Assembly: GCF_009914755.1 (NCBI RefSeq)
Contig: NC_060937.1
DNA from: the human T2T-CHM13v2.0 reference genome, Homo sapiens
DNA: 64,000 nt
Reading direction: 5' to 3' (one strand)
Positions 1-12,958 of the stretch are shown here, piece after piece (the stretch's first letter is position 1; every line of letters starts with the position of its first letter). The translations under genes and the position numbers were made by a program. The notes below the pieces were generated by a model. The model did no database searches and was not told the origin of the DNA. It was given only the letters and a program-made list of their open reading frames with translations.

Positions 1-815
1 CTTCAGGAGATTAACAGTTGCCATAGGATTTCAAGGCACTGACTGGCCTACACCAGTGAACAGAATCACCGTTGTGGGAAATGTATGACTATGAGAGGCA
101 GAAGTCAAGACCTAAACCAAGCACATGTCTTTAGAAAGGAAAAAGAAATCAGTGAATCCTGCCTAGGCAACCAGGCTTATTGTAGGTAATTACTTCAGAA
201 TTAAGAGATTAGGTAAAAGATAATCAATGCATTCCCTAAGACTAGGTGATCTAGATCTATAGAATAAGATCAGGGCAGGAAAAGAATTGATCAAGTTCAG
301 AAGGAAGCAGGGGGCCATTACCCAGATATTTGAATAATTTCCTTCCATCCTAATAATATTTACATAAAAGTGAAAAGATTAAGGAAAGCTGTAAAGAAAT
401 AATGCAAGTTAAATAGTAATAGGCACTTAATAGATCATTTTTCAGTATGTATGATATAATAGGAAAACATTTTTCTGAGTACTCACTTTGTGATAGTGCT
501 GAACATCCTGTATAAATTATTTCATCAACAGATAATTTTGGCTAAATGAGTGAAAAATGAATGAACCAATATGTTAATGAGAGACACCTATCTAAAGGAA
601 AAGCCACAAAATCATACCTCTTTCAGGTTTTGCTTTTTTATATGATTGGTTAAAGAGGTTGTTAAAAATTAATTTGAATGTGAACCAGGCTGTGGAGAAG
701 CCAAACACAGAAGTCATGTCTCAGTTTGACAAAAACACAACTTTACTGAAACCGAGATGAAGAGTTAGAGGAATCAGTGATAATTTGGAGGTAGCAAACA
801 TAATAATGCCCTATA

Positions 816-1117
<302 letters not shown>

Positions 1118-2139
1118 AATGCCCTATAATATTTTATAATAGCCCTCCACAAAACAAAACCTTTCAGACCAGTTTTCATGGTGGTTAAAACCAAATAACA
1201 AAAAACTCACAAGAAAAGTTTTATTAAAATACATGAATGTTTTTCTCCTTGGAAAAGTCAACAAGGTTTTGCAATAGAACCTCAAAAATTCTCAATGTCT
1301 GGGTCCCTATTTTCTAGATTTGTACTTAAATCTACCATATAACTATTATGTTCTTTTGTTATTAATATGGAATTTTATTAATTATAATTATACCAAGTTT
1401 GGTAAAATAAAAGCAAAACATCAAATGAAGGTCGGATGCATATTACATATAGCTAACACCAATGGGCTCTGAATTTTTTGTTTCCCACAGCCTCCATTCT
1501 GCCAGCTCTGGGGTTCTATTGCCATTTCTTGCCAAATTATATTTGCTCTCTGTCAATGTCCACTGGCAGTCTGACAAAGTGCTGAATCTGCAGAAACCAT
1601 GGCATGCTGTGCAACAGCTCCCATAGCAGATTTTTGACAGATTTTCTTCCCCTGCAGTAATAAGGCTTGTGCTACATTTTGTGAACAGGGACATAGATTA
1701 GTTAATATTTCTAAAGCATTTTGAAGATGAAAAGTGCCACATACATACTGATTTTTACTAATAATTTCTCTTGCTGTAAGGATCAAAATAAGCTCAGAAA
1801 CATATTAAGCCCTACTCACAGAAGCATTAACACTTTGCTAAGATTGTCAGAATGCCCGACAAAGACAAAACATTGCATTTGCCTTCACATTTGACAACAT
1901 TTGATAAAACTGACAAATCAATGCTCTGGAAAAAAACCTCAGCATTTATCACAGTCATAATTAATTTGAATCATGGATAAAGTGGTAACAGAGATTCTGT
2001 ATATGCTGACAACGTTGTGAATAGTCACCTGAGAATTACATAGCACAGTCTCAATACTTAGTTCAAAATCCTTTAACTAAAATGAGCATTTGTCTTTCTG
2101 TATACTTATCTTTTATTTCACAGTTGAGAATTCACTAAA

Positions 2140-2330
2140 CCAAAGGTTCCCAACTGACAAGGACAGGCCCAATTAGTAAAAAGGTCTTAAGGCTCAGGTT
2201 AAAATGATCAATTCTTGACCACATCTCAAAGTACTAAATCAAAATCTTCAGAAATGAATCTAGAACGTTTGTATTTTAAACAGGAGTTCCCATTGTTTTG
2301 GCTTTTGAGTTGGGCATTAGAAACCTCTAT
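2140..2330. mobile_element. Degenerate MER5-like hAT DNA transposon fragment
   Basis: Weak resemblance to MER5 (…ACTAAATCAAAATCTTCAG…TTTGTATTTTAAACAGG); heavily decayed. Confidence 0.3.
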
Positions 2331-3034
2331 TAGCTAATTCCTACACTTCTGAAAGAGGTTCTGGTTTCTGATAGCCTGTACTTCTTTTACTCTTAAGAAG
2401 TTAGGTGTGGTTCCCTTATTCCTAAGATTTGGATTAAATTGGTTCAAATCATAGGAAATCGAAATGTTGTGGAATTTATGTATCTTCTTCTTACCACCAA
2501 TTAACACTCTAACTTTAGAAAAACCTTTTTCTTTTCTTTATGTCTTTGGTTATTTCTCTGTTTCCATCCTTGCTTGCTACAAATGTTTGGTGATATCAAA
2601 CCCACAAATTCCACCTATAGTCTTCAGTACAGCTGCACCCTTTGATTTCTACAGTAGCCCTGATTCTTGCTCTGGCACTGCACTAACTTCTTGCTTTTAA
2701 CTATTTTAAATTCAGACAAAAGACTTAACTTAGGCCTTTGAGGATATTCTGTCTGTTCAGTTGAATTTTGTGTTTTCACCTTGTCTACTTTTACTGTTTC
2801 ATCTCATTTTTCTTTAAAGTACTATCTGTCAATGTATCTTTGTTTTATTTATTTTCATCCACCTTTTTGTTCTTTCCTTTTCAACTGTGGAACAAGAGGT
2901 GTAGGCATCAGATGAACAGTCAGGTGCATTGCTGGCCTATGCCAGATCAGTACAGTCAACCCCACTCACAAACTAGGCTCCTGTTGGTACAACAGCATCA
3001 CCTTTACCTCATTTCCAGAACAATGCAGAGGTAT

Positions 3035-3255
3035 CATGGTAGAGATAAAAATGCGTAAGATCTAGGATGAGAAAGTCTATCTTTAATCCCTGTTTAGTCC
3101 CCTATTAACTGTGACCTCAAACAAGAAATTGACTCCCTGACTTTGTAAAGGAAAGGTAATAATAAAATCTTTATCTACTTCCTGGGATGATTATCAGGGT
3201 CATATCAAATTATGGATCTAAAAGAGCCTTAAAAACTTGTTAAGTAGCTATTATT
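3035..3255 (+). mobile_element. MIR SINE
   Basis: MIR core-like TTAACTGTGACCTCAAACAAG…TGTAAAG…GGTAATAATA…TCTACTTCCTGGGATGATT. Confidence 0.6.
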
Positions 3256-3399
3256 CACATAAGAAAATCTGTAAATTAAAAAGCCATAGTTTTAACATAA
3301 ATAAGCACTGGGAATTGACTAATTTCTTCCATCTATCTCTGGATAAAGAAAGGACCAGGTGGAAAAGGGTAGAGAAAGGCAACACTTCACTGCATGAGA

Positions 3400-3620
3400 A
3401 GCAGGACTGTGTGAGGCCTGAGCTGAAGCCAACACAACAGAAAGCAGAGTGGTAAGAAAAATGGGTGGCATTATTGAGCCACGGGATCAGGCTTGACTGA
3501 CACAGCCATACCTCGGGACTTTTCAGATAAGTGAGCCAACACACGCTTTGTTTTAATACTGGCTTTAGTCACATGTTTTATCACTCATGAGAAATCATAA
3601 CATAAGGAATCATAACTGGT
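3400..3620 (+). mobile_element. Old MaLR LTR fragment (MLT1J/K-like, 3' part)
   Basis: GAAGCCAACACA…GCAGAG…TTGAGCC…GGACTTTTCAGATAAGTGAGCCAA is typical of MLT1J/K 3' halves. Confidence 0.55.
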
Positions 3621-3759
3621 TAAGTGCATCTGTTAGTTGTGAGTACTAAAGCACTTGTTGGATCTGGGATTTAGAAAGATCCAAATAATTTGACTTGAGA
3701 ATAAGGTTATCATTGCTAAAAACATGTTCACAAATTTCAAATATGCTCATACAATTCAA

Positions 3760-4470
3760 CTTAGAAAGGATGAATGAGGACCTCCCTGGGGAGGATTATA
3801 CTTTGCAATGCCACGGAACTGGGCCCCTTACTAAAATATCCTTTATAAGAAAAATAGGGTCTCAGATAAAGCTATTCCATTGTTGACCATTGCTAAACAT
3901 CTACCCTATTTTTTATCTGCACTTGTGGAAAATTTTCACCTTACTGAGAAGATATTTGAGAACAATACAAGCCTTTGTCAGCAGTATTGATCTACAGTTA
4001 GCCTTTGATTCTATAGACAGGACTCACTATAGGCCAAGCTATGTGATCTCAGCACAGATCTCAGGCTATGAAGATTCCTTCAAAGTCTGAAGCATAATAC
4101 CACTGGGAGAATCAGAGCAGGTAGGAATGGACTCTCCACATTAAATTCCAATCAAAATCCAAGAAAGGTATTTGTGTCCTAACTGTACTTCTTTTTATTT
4201 GAAAATAATTTGATACAGCTTTCAGTTGATCTGAATGAATACCCTTCTGCCACAGGACACAAGACAAGCACTTACTTCTGTACTGATAACATAGGTTTCT
4301 CATTATTAGATTGCAGGAGATGCCTTAATAATCTACCAAGCCTGCTGGCTACACACTGTCAGTTTAATATCTACTGTGCCAAAACCAAAATTATTTTAGA
4401 TAGACACTCCAACATGCAGATAGAAAATATGAGTGAAGTCTGTGTAATAAAGTGATTAATTTGGCTATCT
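3760..4470 (+). mobile_element. Ancient non-LTR retrotransposon reverse-transcriptase remnant (L4/RTE-X-like)
   Basis: ORF fragments give IDLQLAFDSIDR (RT motif FIDLxxAFDSVDR), YFCTDNI (decayed YADD box) and NIYCAKTKII (INxxKTK) in the correct order. Confidence 0.6.
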
Positions 4471-4524
4471 GGGCTAAGTGGTAGGGTAGTACAACTTGCA
4501 TTTAACAATTCCAGAAGCCCATAA

Positions 4525-4660
4525 ACATTCATTTACTACACACATCTGTATTTTTTAAAAAAATAGATTTCCAGTGCCAGATTCTGTGCTAGGAAAGCCC
4601 TGTGGCTGCTTGGTGATTAAGATTCAGCCCTTGCCCTTAAGAAGCTTATATTTTAAGGTG
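4525..4660 (-). mobile_element. L2 LINE 3' end fragment
   Basis: CATTCATT…GTGCCAG…TGTGCTAGG…CCCTTGCCCTTAAGAAGCTTAT, the reverse-strand L2 tail pattern. Confidence 0.55.
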
Positions 4661-5049
4661 AAATGTCAGGATTATATAAATTCTATAAAATTCACACTAT
4701 AATATGGAGACTAAGGCAAGAAAAAATAAAACTATTGTATACTTTCTTTGATAAGACAATAAATAGCAATGCATTATGTGCGTAGTTTATTATAATGCAC
4801 AAAGTTAACAAGTATTCTTAACTGACAAGTGTTTAATCTTTTAGTAATTTTTGTACATGTTTCTTATTTCAAGTATCCTCATATCTTTTTGATTTTTAAA
4901 ATTATTTTGAAGCATAGATAACATAATTTCTGTTTCTGCATAACAGTTTCACTTGCATTATGAGGTCACCCCTTGCATAATTTATATTCCATTCATTGAA
5001 AAACCAAATAAATGAGAACATTTGTTATAAACAAGGGAAAGAGAAAGTG

Positions 5050-6040
5050 ATACAGTTCACCCCATGAGTACATAAGGCCAGTCATCAAGTTTAGTTCAAA
5101 ACTGTTTGAGAAGGTGACGTTTGACAGAATCCTTCATAATATTCCTTTGAACAAGGTAGAGAAATGAGGTCTAGCAACAGTACCCACAGTAGACTAATAG
5201 ATGGCTACACAAAGTGGTGACTCCTGGATTATGTTCAATCTAGAAACCAGCCTCTGAGGGCACATCTTAGAAGGTGTCCTAGGTATTGTCCTATGAAATG
5301 TTTTTAATCATAGATCAGATGAAGCCACAGAATCTGTATCTAAGATATTTTTGAGATGCTGTAATTTAAGAGGAATAACTAAATTATTGGATAGTGAAAT
5401 CAGGATATTTAAAGTTTTCATTTAAATTCTATGCACCCCTGTTTTGTTCAACAATTAAATATAAAAATACAGGCTGGAAGAAACAGTAATTAATTGCAGT
5501 TTGGGTAAAAATGCAAGAGGTTTAGGTAAACATGAAAGTAATTTGAGCCAGAGGTATCATATTGTTCCAAAAAAGGTAACAAGGCTGTAAGGGGAGCTTT
5601 CCATGCCTTTATTTAGGTCATGGAGTTAAGCCCAAAAGTGTGCAGGAAATGGGAGCAGGAGTGGTGATGAGTCCCAAAAACCATACCTGTAAAATGTGGA
5701 ATGTGGAATGTTTAGCCTGGAGAGACAGAAGTATGCTTGACTGAAATCTTCAAATATATGAAAGTCTACTGTGTGTAAGGGGAAGTAGACTTTTTCTAGG
5801 AATTTCCAGAGGTAGAAACTAGTATGAGTAAAAGTTACAGAGAGTCAGATATGACTCCTTATCAGGAGGACATTTAAAATGATATGGACTGGTAAATGGA
5901 TTTCCTTCTAAGAAGTGAGCATTGGGGAAATGATAAAATGTTGAATGACCATTTGCCAAGGATGTTGTGGAAAATTTCTTAATTGTGAAAAAATTAGAAT
6001 GACATGACTCCGAAATTATTTTCTAACTGTAAGGATTTAT
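5050..6040 (+). mobile_element. L3/CR1 LINE remnant (3' portion of ORF2 and tail)
   Basis: GGAATGTTTAGCCTGGAG, TCTTCAAATATATGAAAG, GAATGACCATTTGCCAAGGATGTTGT and a 3' end like TTTCTAACTGTAAGGATT are characteristic of CR1/L3. Confidence 0.65.
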
Positions 6041-6559
6041 CGTTTTATATTTTACCTGATTCTTGGTATATATAATAGGCCCCAGGTAAATATCTGCTCC
6101 CAATTATGCTCTTGTAAGTACTAATGAACATGTTTCTTTTTTTTGAGGGACAGACCCTCAGATCTTACACCTCTGTTCCTGCTTGCTCTTTGTATCTATT
6201 CCATAGGCTAGACGTATTAACAACACAGATACTAAGAATATCTTAGCAACTGATAGACTCCCTCCCTGTGTAACCAAAAACAAAACAAGACGAACAAAAA
6301 CATAAGAAACAAATTTGGAGTTATGTGTTTTCTAAAACGTGTAATCGTTTTTCATACTTAGATAGGACACTAAAAGAACAGCCTTTTTCCAAGTTGATAA
6401 GGAAGTTTGGAGGACAATGGTTTTTACTCCAATATTTCCTTTGATATTCACCCTAACCGAAAACCATGTCAACAATGCATAGAGCCAACAAATCATTTTA
6501 CATGAAACAACCAATGCCCTTGGCTATTTTTTTCACTTCCAAGATTATCTGCCTAAAGT

Positions 6560-6950
6560 TTCATATCCCTCAATGCTTTGTAAGTTTTTAGCATTACTTC
6601 CAAACTCTATGTTCCATATTCTGCAATACTTTTTTTCCACTTATTCTTCATCTGGCAAACTCCTACTTAACTCTCACTACCTTGCTTAATTTTCCTGTCT
6701 CCTACAAAGTTTTGCCGAGCTTCCCTGGGTGGAAATGCTTATTCCAGCTTTGACATCAATAGCTTCCTTCAAAACTCTACTATGGCACTTGTGATGCATT
6801 ATTTACGTGTGAGTCTTCCCATCTAGGTTAAAGATGCTTTCTTGAATACAATTTCACTTTGTTAATCTTTATGTCCTCTTCAGAACCCAACATGAGGGCA
6901 CCTAGGACACTGCAGGCATTAAACAAAAACAGGAGAAATGACTGAAGCAA
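6560..6950 (+). mobile_element. L2 LINE 3' region
   Basis: CTGGCAAACTCCTACTT…TCTTCCCATCTAGGTTAAAG…TTGTTAATCTTTATGTCC…AATGACTGAA. Confidence 0.6.
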
Positions 6951-7465
6951 TACATACAATAGATGAGTAGATATAGGAAAAAGTAAGAAAAACTACATAT
7001 AGGAATTATGAACTTAAAATTATGACAAAGTATTATTACATGGAATAAAAACATACCTAAAGGAAATATGATACACAGGATATCTGAAAAGAAACTAAAT
7101 TTTTGTGCTCTGCTGTTATCCACTGTCACTTATAGGAGTAAACATTAAATGGTGGATATCTTATCAGCTAATTTGTCTAATTCTAGGAAAGGTATTCAGA
7201 TAAGGGAAGTATGCAGATAATAAAATTTTACTTGTTTTATCTATTAAATTTTCATTCTTTCCCAACAAGAAAATTATAAACAAAACTGAGTAATTTCAAT
7301 CACTTTAAGGCAACAGATATGTTTGTTCATCTTTGCGTCTGAGTCCATACATGCAGGAAACAAGCAACAAATACTTGGTAAATGCATTCATTGATTATTA
7401 TGCATTCTGTGACAGATTTCTTCTCTCCTTTCTTTAGCTAGCACCTCTATTAAAATGTCTTCCTA

Positions 7466-7771
7466 GGCCGGGCTTAGTGGCTCATGCCTATAATCCCAAC
7501 ACATTGGGAGGCTGAGGTGGGCAGATGGCTTGATCCCAGAGGTTCAAGACTAGAATGGCCAACATGGCAAAACCCTGTCTCTACAGAAAAAAAAAAATGC
7601 AAAAATTAGCCAGGCATGGTGGCACATGTCCGTAGTCCCAGCTACCAGAGAGGCTGAGGTGGGAGGATGGTTTGATCCATGAAGGCAGAGGTGACAGTGA
7701 GCTGAGATTGTGCCACTGTGCTCCATCCTGGGCAACAAAGTGAGACTCTGTCTCAAAAAAAAAAAAATAAA
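7466..7771 (+). mobile_element. Alu SINE (AluJ-like)
   Basis: Full dimer with J-type GAGGCTGAGGTGGGAGGATGG and poly-A tail; CpG-decayed. Confidence 0.93.
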
Positions 7772-9114
7772 TATTTTCCATGACCTCCTCTTTCAAATTA
7801 CTGTCTTCATAAAGAAATTAAATAATATGGTTACAATTGTGTGTGTAATAACATTTTTTAAACTCTGAATTATGTGCTTTTCAGTGTATTGAAGTCAGAG
7901 CTTTACTTGGATGTTTTCTTGATGGTTACTAGTATTGCTTATTTTTAGTCATTGCTATGTCTGTTTTGTTTGATATTGTTTGAAATCTGACTGAAGCATG
8001 AATTTTTTCAGGTATCTATTGCAATCAGGTACCTACATGAGAAGAAAGTGTTGTTACTATAGTTCTTCAGACAGAATCTTCTGATTTCTGCATAAAAGTG
8101 TTGTTGGTGAATACCAGTATTTCTAGAAAGTTTAACTCCTTATATGTAGATTTGAAAAATAACCTATTATTTTCTCTGAATGAATACAAATAAATTTTAA
8201 TACCATTGAGAATATATAACTTCAATGGAAAAACAAGAGCCATACATACCAGTTAACAAAATTTTTGTGACATTACTAATTAAAATTTCACATATTTCAC
8301 TGCAAATATGGGCAATATTATGTGATGGGAATATTATCTATAGAATTATGCTGTGGTGGGTATATGTTTTCTCAGAAAGAATGTTGCCTAGGCTGTATCA
8401 CTTAGCAGCATAATGTTGTTATTTGAAATGTAAATAGTAGGTGCTACATGGGGTACTTGTTGAATTGGACACATTCTGATTTGAGAGCATTTTAATCAGT
8501 GAAATTCATGGAGTAGCGGTATAACACCCTTATGATACCTATGCATTTATGTTATGCAGGCAGCAGTACTGTTATATGCTTGTTGATTGCTGAAGTGAGA
8601 GGTATGCCACACGTTATGTGTTACTCTCTTAGCAGCTGAAGAACACTCTAAACGCTATACTGGAGATGAAATACTATGTCTCCTGAGCAAATCACATGAC
8701 TGTCACTTCCCTAACACTTATAACACATGTCATAAATGGATTTCAACTATATCTCACACTTCAGATGTGCTTTATAATTTTGTTTATATATTCAAGGCAT
8801 AAGGTGTTGCAAAATAAGTTAAAGGAACTCTTCTTATTAAGGTTACAGAGATAACTCTTAGGTAAGAGAAAATCTACATAAGTGAACCAAAGAACTTGTC
8901 TCTATTTCATTCCAGGTCTAAATTCAGTGCCATTTGGAAGTCATTTATATTTTAATGGTTTTGCATGTGCTTTTATTCCTATGTATTTGCAGGATATTAA
9001 ATGATTTTAGTAGTTGCAGGTGAGACCCTGTGTGTTTGAAATTATTTGCCAGCTTCTTAGAATATAAAGTTCAACACAGGAAAATTAATAACATGATCAA
9101 AAAAAGAGATATGT

Positions 9115-9310
9115 TGTTAATTGAGCGACTTTAGATGTGCCAATGCTATTCATTTCCTATCTACTTAATCCTAACAATGACTCTATAAGATAGATAGTGT
9201 TATCTCTAACCTACATACAAGGAAACTGGGCTTTAGAGATGAGTGGCCTGCTCCAAATCACAAGGAATTGTACAAAGATTTGAACCAGTACTACTTTTCC
9301 CTACATCACA
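9115..9310 (-). mobile_element. MIR SINE
   Basis: TTAATCCTAACAATGACTCTATAAGATAG…AAGGAAACTGGGCTTTAGAGA…CCAAATCACA, a reverse MIR core. Confidence 0.65.
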
Positions 9311-10819
9311 AGGCAATAATCTCTGCCCAGTGCTATGCCTGAGAATAATATAACAAATATGTATGAAAAAATGTTTCATTCTAATGCTGCTTAATATTGA
9401 TTTAAAGGCTAAAAATATACCCAATTATTTTATGTTACTCTAACGTGTGAGATTGTTTGTTCCATATTTATTGACAGAAATATAGAAAAACAGTGAAAGG
9501 GGAGACAGTAAATGTTAATCCTGACTTTATACCCATCTCGAGCCAATACTTTGTCTAGCTTTAAGATCTTTTGAAAGTTTTAACAATGATCAAATGACAC
9601 TCCACAACCAAATTGGCAGGAGCTTTCCTGGATCATCTTGTTAGTGTGCTCTTGAAGGGCATCCTGACCTATGTTGCTTGAAGTGTCCAGAAAGCACCAA
9701 TTTTCTACCTTGATTTTCTCTGATTATTGGCAATTTTCTCTGCTAGGGGCGTTTGGGTGATGAGACAAACTTAATGTGATTGGCCATGTTAACAAAGTGA
9801 GAACATTCCAGTCACTCAGTATGTACCTCATTAGTATCACTCTTTCATAATTCATGAAACAATATCTTGAAATATACAAAAGAACCTTATCATAAGGTAG
9901 AAAACGCTTGTTTGTTCTCACCCACATCATGGTCTGTAGTATATTATTTGATGATAAAAGTCTAAAAAGACTTTTTTCTTTATCTTTATTCCTAGGTCCC
10001 TCTGCAATTTTTTTTATTATCCTTTCATACTTGGAAGTTTTTATTTCATCAACCAACATAGTATAAGTATTTAATATTTAAATCTCTTTTAGTTGTATAT
10101 TGCTATGCACAGCAAAATAAAGAGCCATAAAAATCTTGAAAAAAGATTTCAAAGGCATAGTCTTCCAATTTATTTTAAAATATAGTTACTTATTTGTCAA
10201 TAAAACAGGAAGCTGTATTTATAATTTGGAGTAACTAGTAGGAAATATTGTCATTTGATAACAGCACAGAGTATTTATTTCATTATAAATTTTTTAGCTT
10301 TGGCAAGAACCCTGGTCTTAAAATAGCATTGAGCTTTGAAAAATGGCCAAGAATGTATTTAAAAGCATAGAGAGTATATACCTAAAAACAGATAATAAAG
10401 CTTAATGTAGACTAACGCTTGACTATATAGTCAAACTAGTATACTGTGTATCTGGAATAAAATACCATTATTCATAAAATGGCTGTATAAGTAGGCTCCA
10501 AGTAGAGTCAGATAAATGGCACTATATAAATTCATAAAACCTGATGGATTACTATTGACAATTATCATCAAGCTTTATCTTACCTACAAAAGAAAAGAAT
10601 TTTTAAAAATGGCATGCCGTTGGTTGCCACAAATGGCACCTATTTTTCTTGAGAATTGTAACTGCAAATCAGCTTTTAATACTCATCAAACATCTCTACT
10701 TAGTTTTACCTATTTAGATGATATGCTAAAGGATTCTGGAAATTTTAAATAATTGAAAAAGGAGAAAGTGTTGCAGAGGAGAGGTCTTTATAAGAGTAAT
10801 AAACTATAAAATATTCTTT

Positions 10820-11599
10820 TTTTAGATCTCATCTTTCATGAAATATTCAGAAAAAATTTTGATTAAATAAGTTTACAATTAATAGTTAAATATTTAGGGA
10901 CAGTGTACTAAGTTGTGGAAACAGTACAAGTATTTAAGAATGTTGACTGGTGGTGAGGAAATGTCAACTGCCAATAAATATGAAAGGTGAAAGAACAGGA
11001 CTTTAAACAGAGCTTACTTAGCTATGGGTCTCCTCTCCACACACAAAAACTCCCTGACTGGCAGATAGGCTACAGTTACTAAGACTTTGGCTCTTCACTC
11101 TAAAAGAGTTAGCTTTCCACCAGAAAAGATCCTCAGTACCCACAATTCATACTCCCAGCTGAGAATCCACCCTGGGGGACAAGGTAAGCAGACACTGAGG
11201 CAGCTGGGCCATCCTGGCCCTAATTCCCCCAGCAGTGTCCACACTGAGCACTGCTGCCCTTGTAGAAGGCAGTCATTGGCTCATCTGCAGGGTGAGTCTT
11301 GTGCTGCATGAAGTGAACAGGAGGGTGTTCGCACTGGGGACATGGCTGGGCAGGACAGTGGACATTCTCCTAGGCAGTTGCTCTCCCAGGCAGCTGCTCC
11401 CCCAAGCACATTATCCACTTCTTTCAGCTTTGGATACTTCCAATTTGTGATCTTATAGTTGATACTGTACTGGAAGGGCAGGTGTTGCAGGTGGAGCAGT
11501 GACAACACTGTCCCTCCTCCAGGATCAACTCATTTTCCCAGCCTGGGCTAAACAGCATTATTGTCTCAGACTCTGACCCACAGGCTCCAGCTCCCAGCC
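10820..11599 (-). pseudogene. POLR3KP: Processed pseudogene of POLR3K (RNA polymerase III subunit RPC11/C11)
   Basis: Minus-strand translation across frameshifts gives MLFSPGWENELILEEGQCCHCSTCNTCP, KITNWKYPKLKEVDNVLGGAAAWE and CPQCEHPPVHFMQHKTHPADEPMTAFYKGSSAQCGHCWGN*, colinear with human POLR3K (MLLFCPGCGNGLIVEEGQRCH…KYPKLKEVDDVLGGAAAWE…ADEPMTTFYKC…CGHRWRD). CDS remnant 11220-11561, intronless, with a ~400-nt 3' UTR-like segment and short poly-A (T-run 10817-10823). The 14-bp TSD matches at 12/14: ATAAAATATTCTTT (10806-10819) and AGAAAATATACTTT (11600-11613). Which numbered POLR3KP locus this is cannot be determined here. Confidence 0.93.
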
Positions 11600-12029
11600 A
11601 GAAAATATACTTTAAATAATTTTATAATTTCCTGATTGTATTCTAAAAATTTTATAGGAAATATTTTGCTCTCTAGTAGAAAGTAAGTCAGTCATTAGAT
11701 TGAATGCTGAACCAAAATTAGAATATCTATCTATTTGTGTTATCAGGATGGCTGTCTATAATATTTTAAGTTAGGTTAATTCCTCTTTCATTGTATTATA
11801 TACAAAATTGTGGTGTTTATATTTGCAAAAATTGTTTTAATATTCTAGTTTATAAGATTATGATATCTGAATTTTAAAAATGTTTAGAAGTAGATGAAGC
11901 TTATATTTTATTTGACTATTATTTTAGAAGAAATATTTTAGAGATCATAAATTTAATTTTGGGAACATATTTTTGACAGGTTTTCTCAAGAAATAATACT
12001 TGAAAAAATGTTAGTTGCTTGCTGGCATT

Positions 12030-12220
12030 AGCACATGGGTTGAAAGCTGTGTGAATATTTATTAAAGTGTAGTAGCAAATAACGGTTTATCAAGTTGATT
12101 GGAAGGATCTTGTATGTGTCACTGGGACTGTTGTTAGGTCCAGTTAGGCTCTTTTAACAGCTTCATCAATGGTCAGCAGAAGAAAGAGACAACATGGTAA
12201 TTAAATCTCTGGAGCTATTA
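12030..12220 (+). mobile_element. Possible L3/CR1 RT-region fragment
   Basis: …GTCACTGGGACTGTTGTTAGGTCCAG…TTTAACAGCTTCATCAATG resembles the CR1 GVPQGSVLGPVLFNIFIND coding stretch. Confidence 0.4.
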
Positions 12221-12559
12221 TGCCCAAGTATCAATCTATAAAAAGTGTCAGCCCAGAGTGCTTAGTTCAAATATGCTCAGAAATAAACTTTAAAACAAAA
12301 GACTGCTACAGAATTTGTATTTCAACAAAAATGTAATGGAATAATGTTTTAAATTTTGTATTGCAGAGATACTTTCTAAATTATCAAAGAAATTGGACAA
12401 AGGTGACTTTTTGTTTAAATGTAATCAATATCCTTAATGTGTTTTTATTTGCCCATAGAGATGAAAGTGAAAATTTTATAAGGTGTACAGAGAAATCGCA
12501 GACAAATAATTACGTGCAGACTTAGACCATGAAACTCGTTTGTTGTTGAGCATCAGCTT

Positions 12560-12958
12560 TTCTGTATAGCTAAGCACTATGAACAGTCACGGCACTGCCA
12601 GCTTTGCTTCACTCTTTGAACAATGCTGACTATAGCTCATGGGCCTGGAAGAAAGTCCTTCCAATAATCTAGAGCAAGATGGCCAGCCCAGAACCTCTCT
12701 GCAAATCTGGGCTAATGTTGCAGCTCAGTTATAAAACTGAGTTCCTGCCGTCTTCCTGCGTCTAATTTGAAGCCCTTTTCCACCTTTCTCCCCTGTGCTT
12801 GCTTTAGTCCCATCTTTATAATGTGATGGCTCTCCAGTTGCTGTGGCATGAGTTTTTCCTTCTTCTTACTAATCATACATCCCCTTCTCACTCTAGGAAC
12901 AGGAAATTTCTGTTTCTGCATCCCAGTCTCTGCTTCATGCTGACAGACACCTGTGACA
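12560..12958 (+). mobile_element. Old ERVL-class LTR fragment (subfamily uncertain)
   Basis: GC-elevated block ending …GTCTCTGCTTC…GACACCTGTGACA, like the 3' ends of LTR16-type LTRs. Confidence 0.35.

Noticed and set aside
7550-7796. Alu-derived ORFs (also 21775, 23443, 45545, 53340, 61679)
   Set aside because: Standard Alu translation artefacts.
11281-11508. 75-aa ORF containing KYPKLKEVDNVLGGAAAWE as a functional small protein
   Set aside because: It is only the middle frame of the POLR3K pseudogene, between two frameshifts, with a non-ATG start, and lacks both zinc ribbons.
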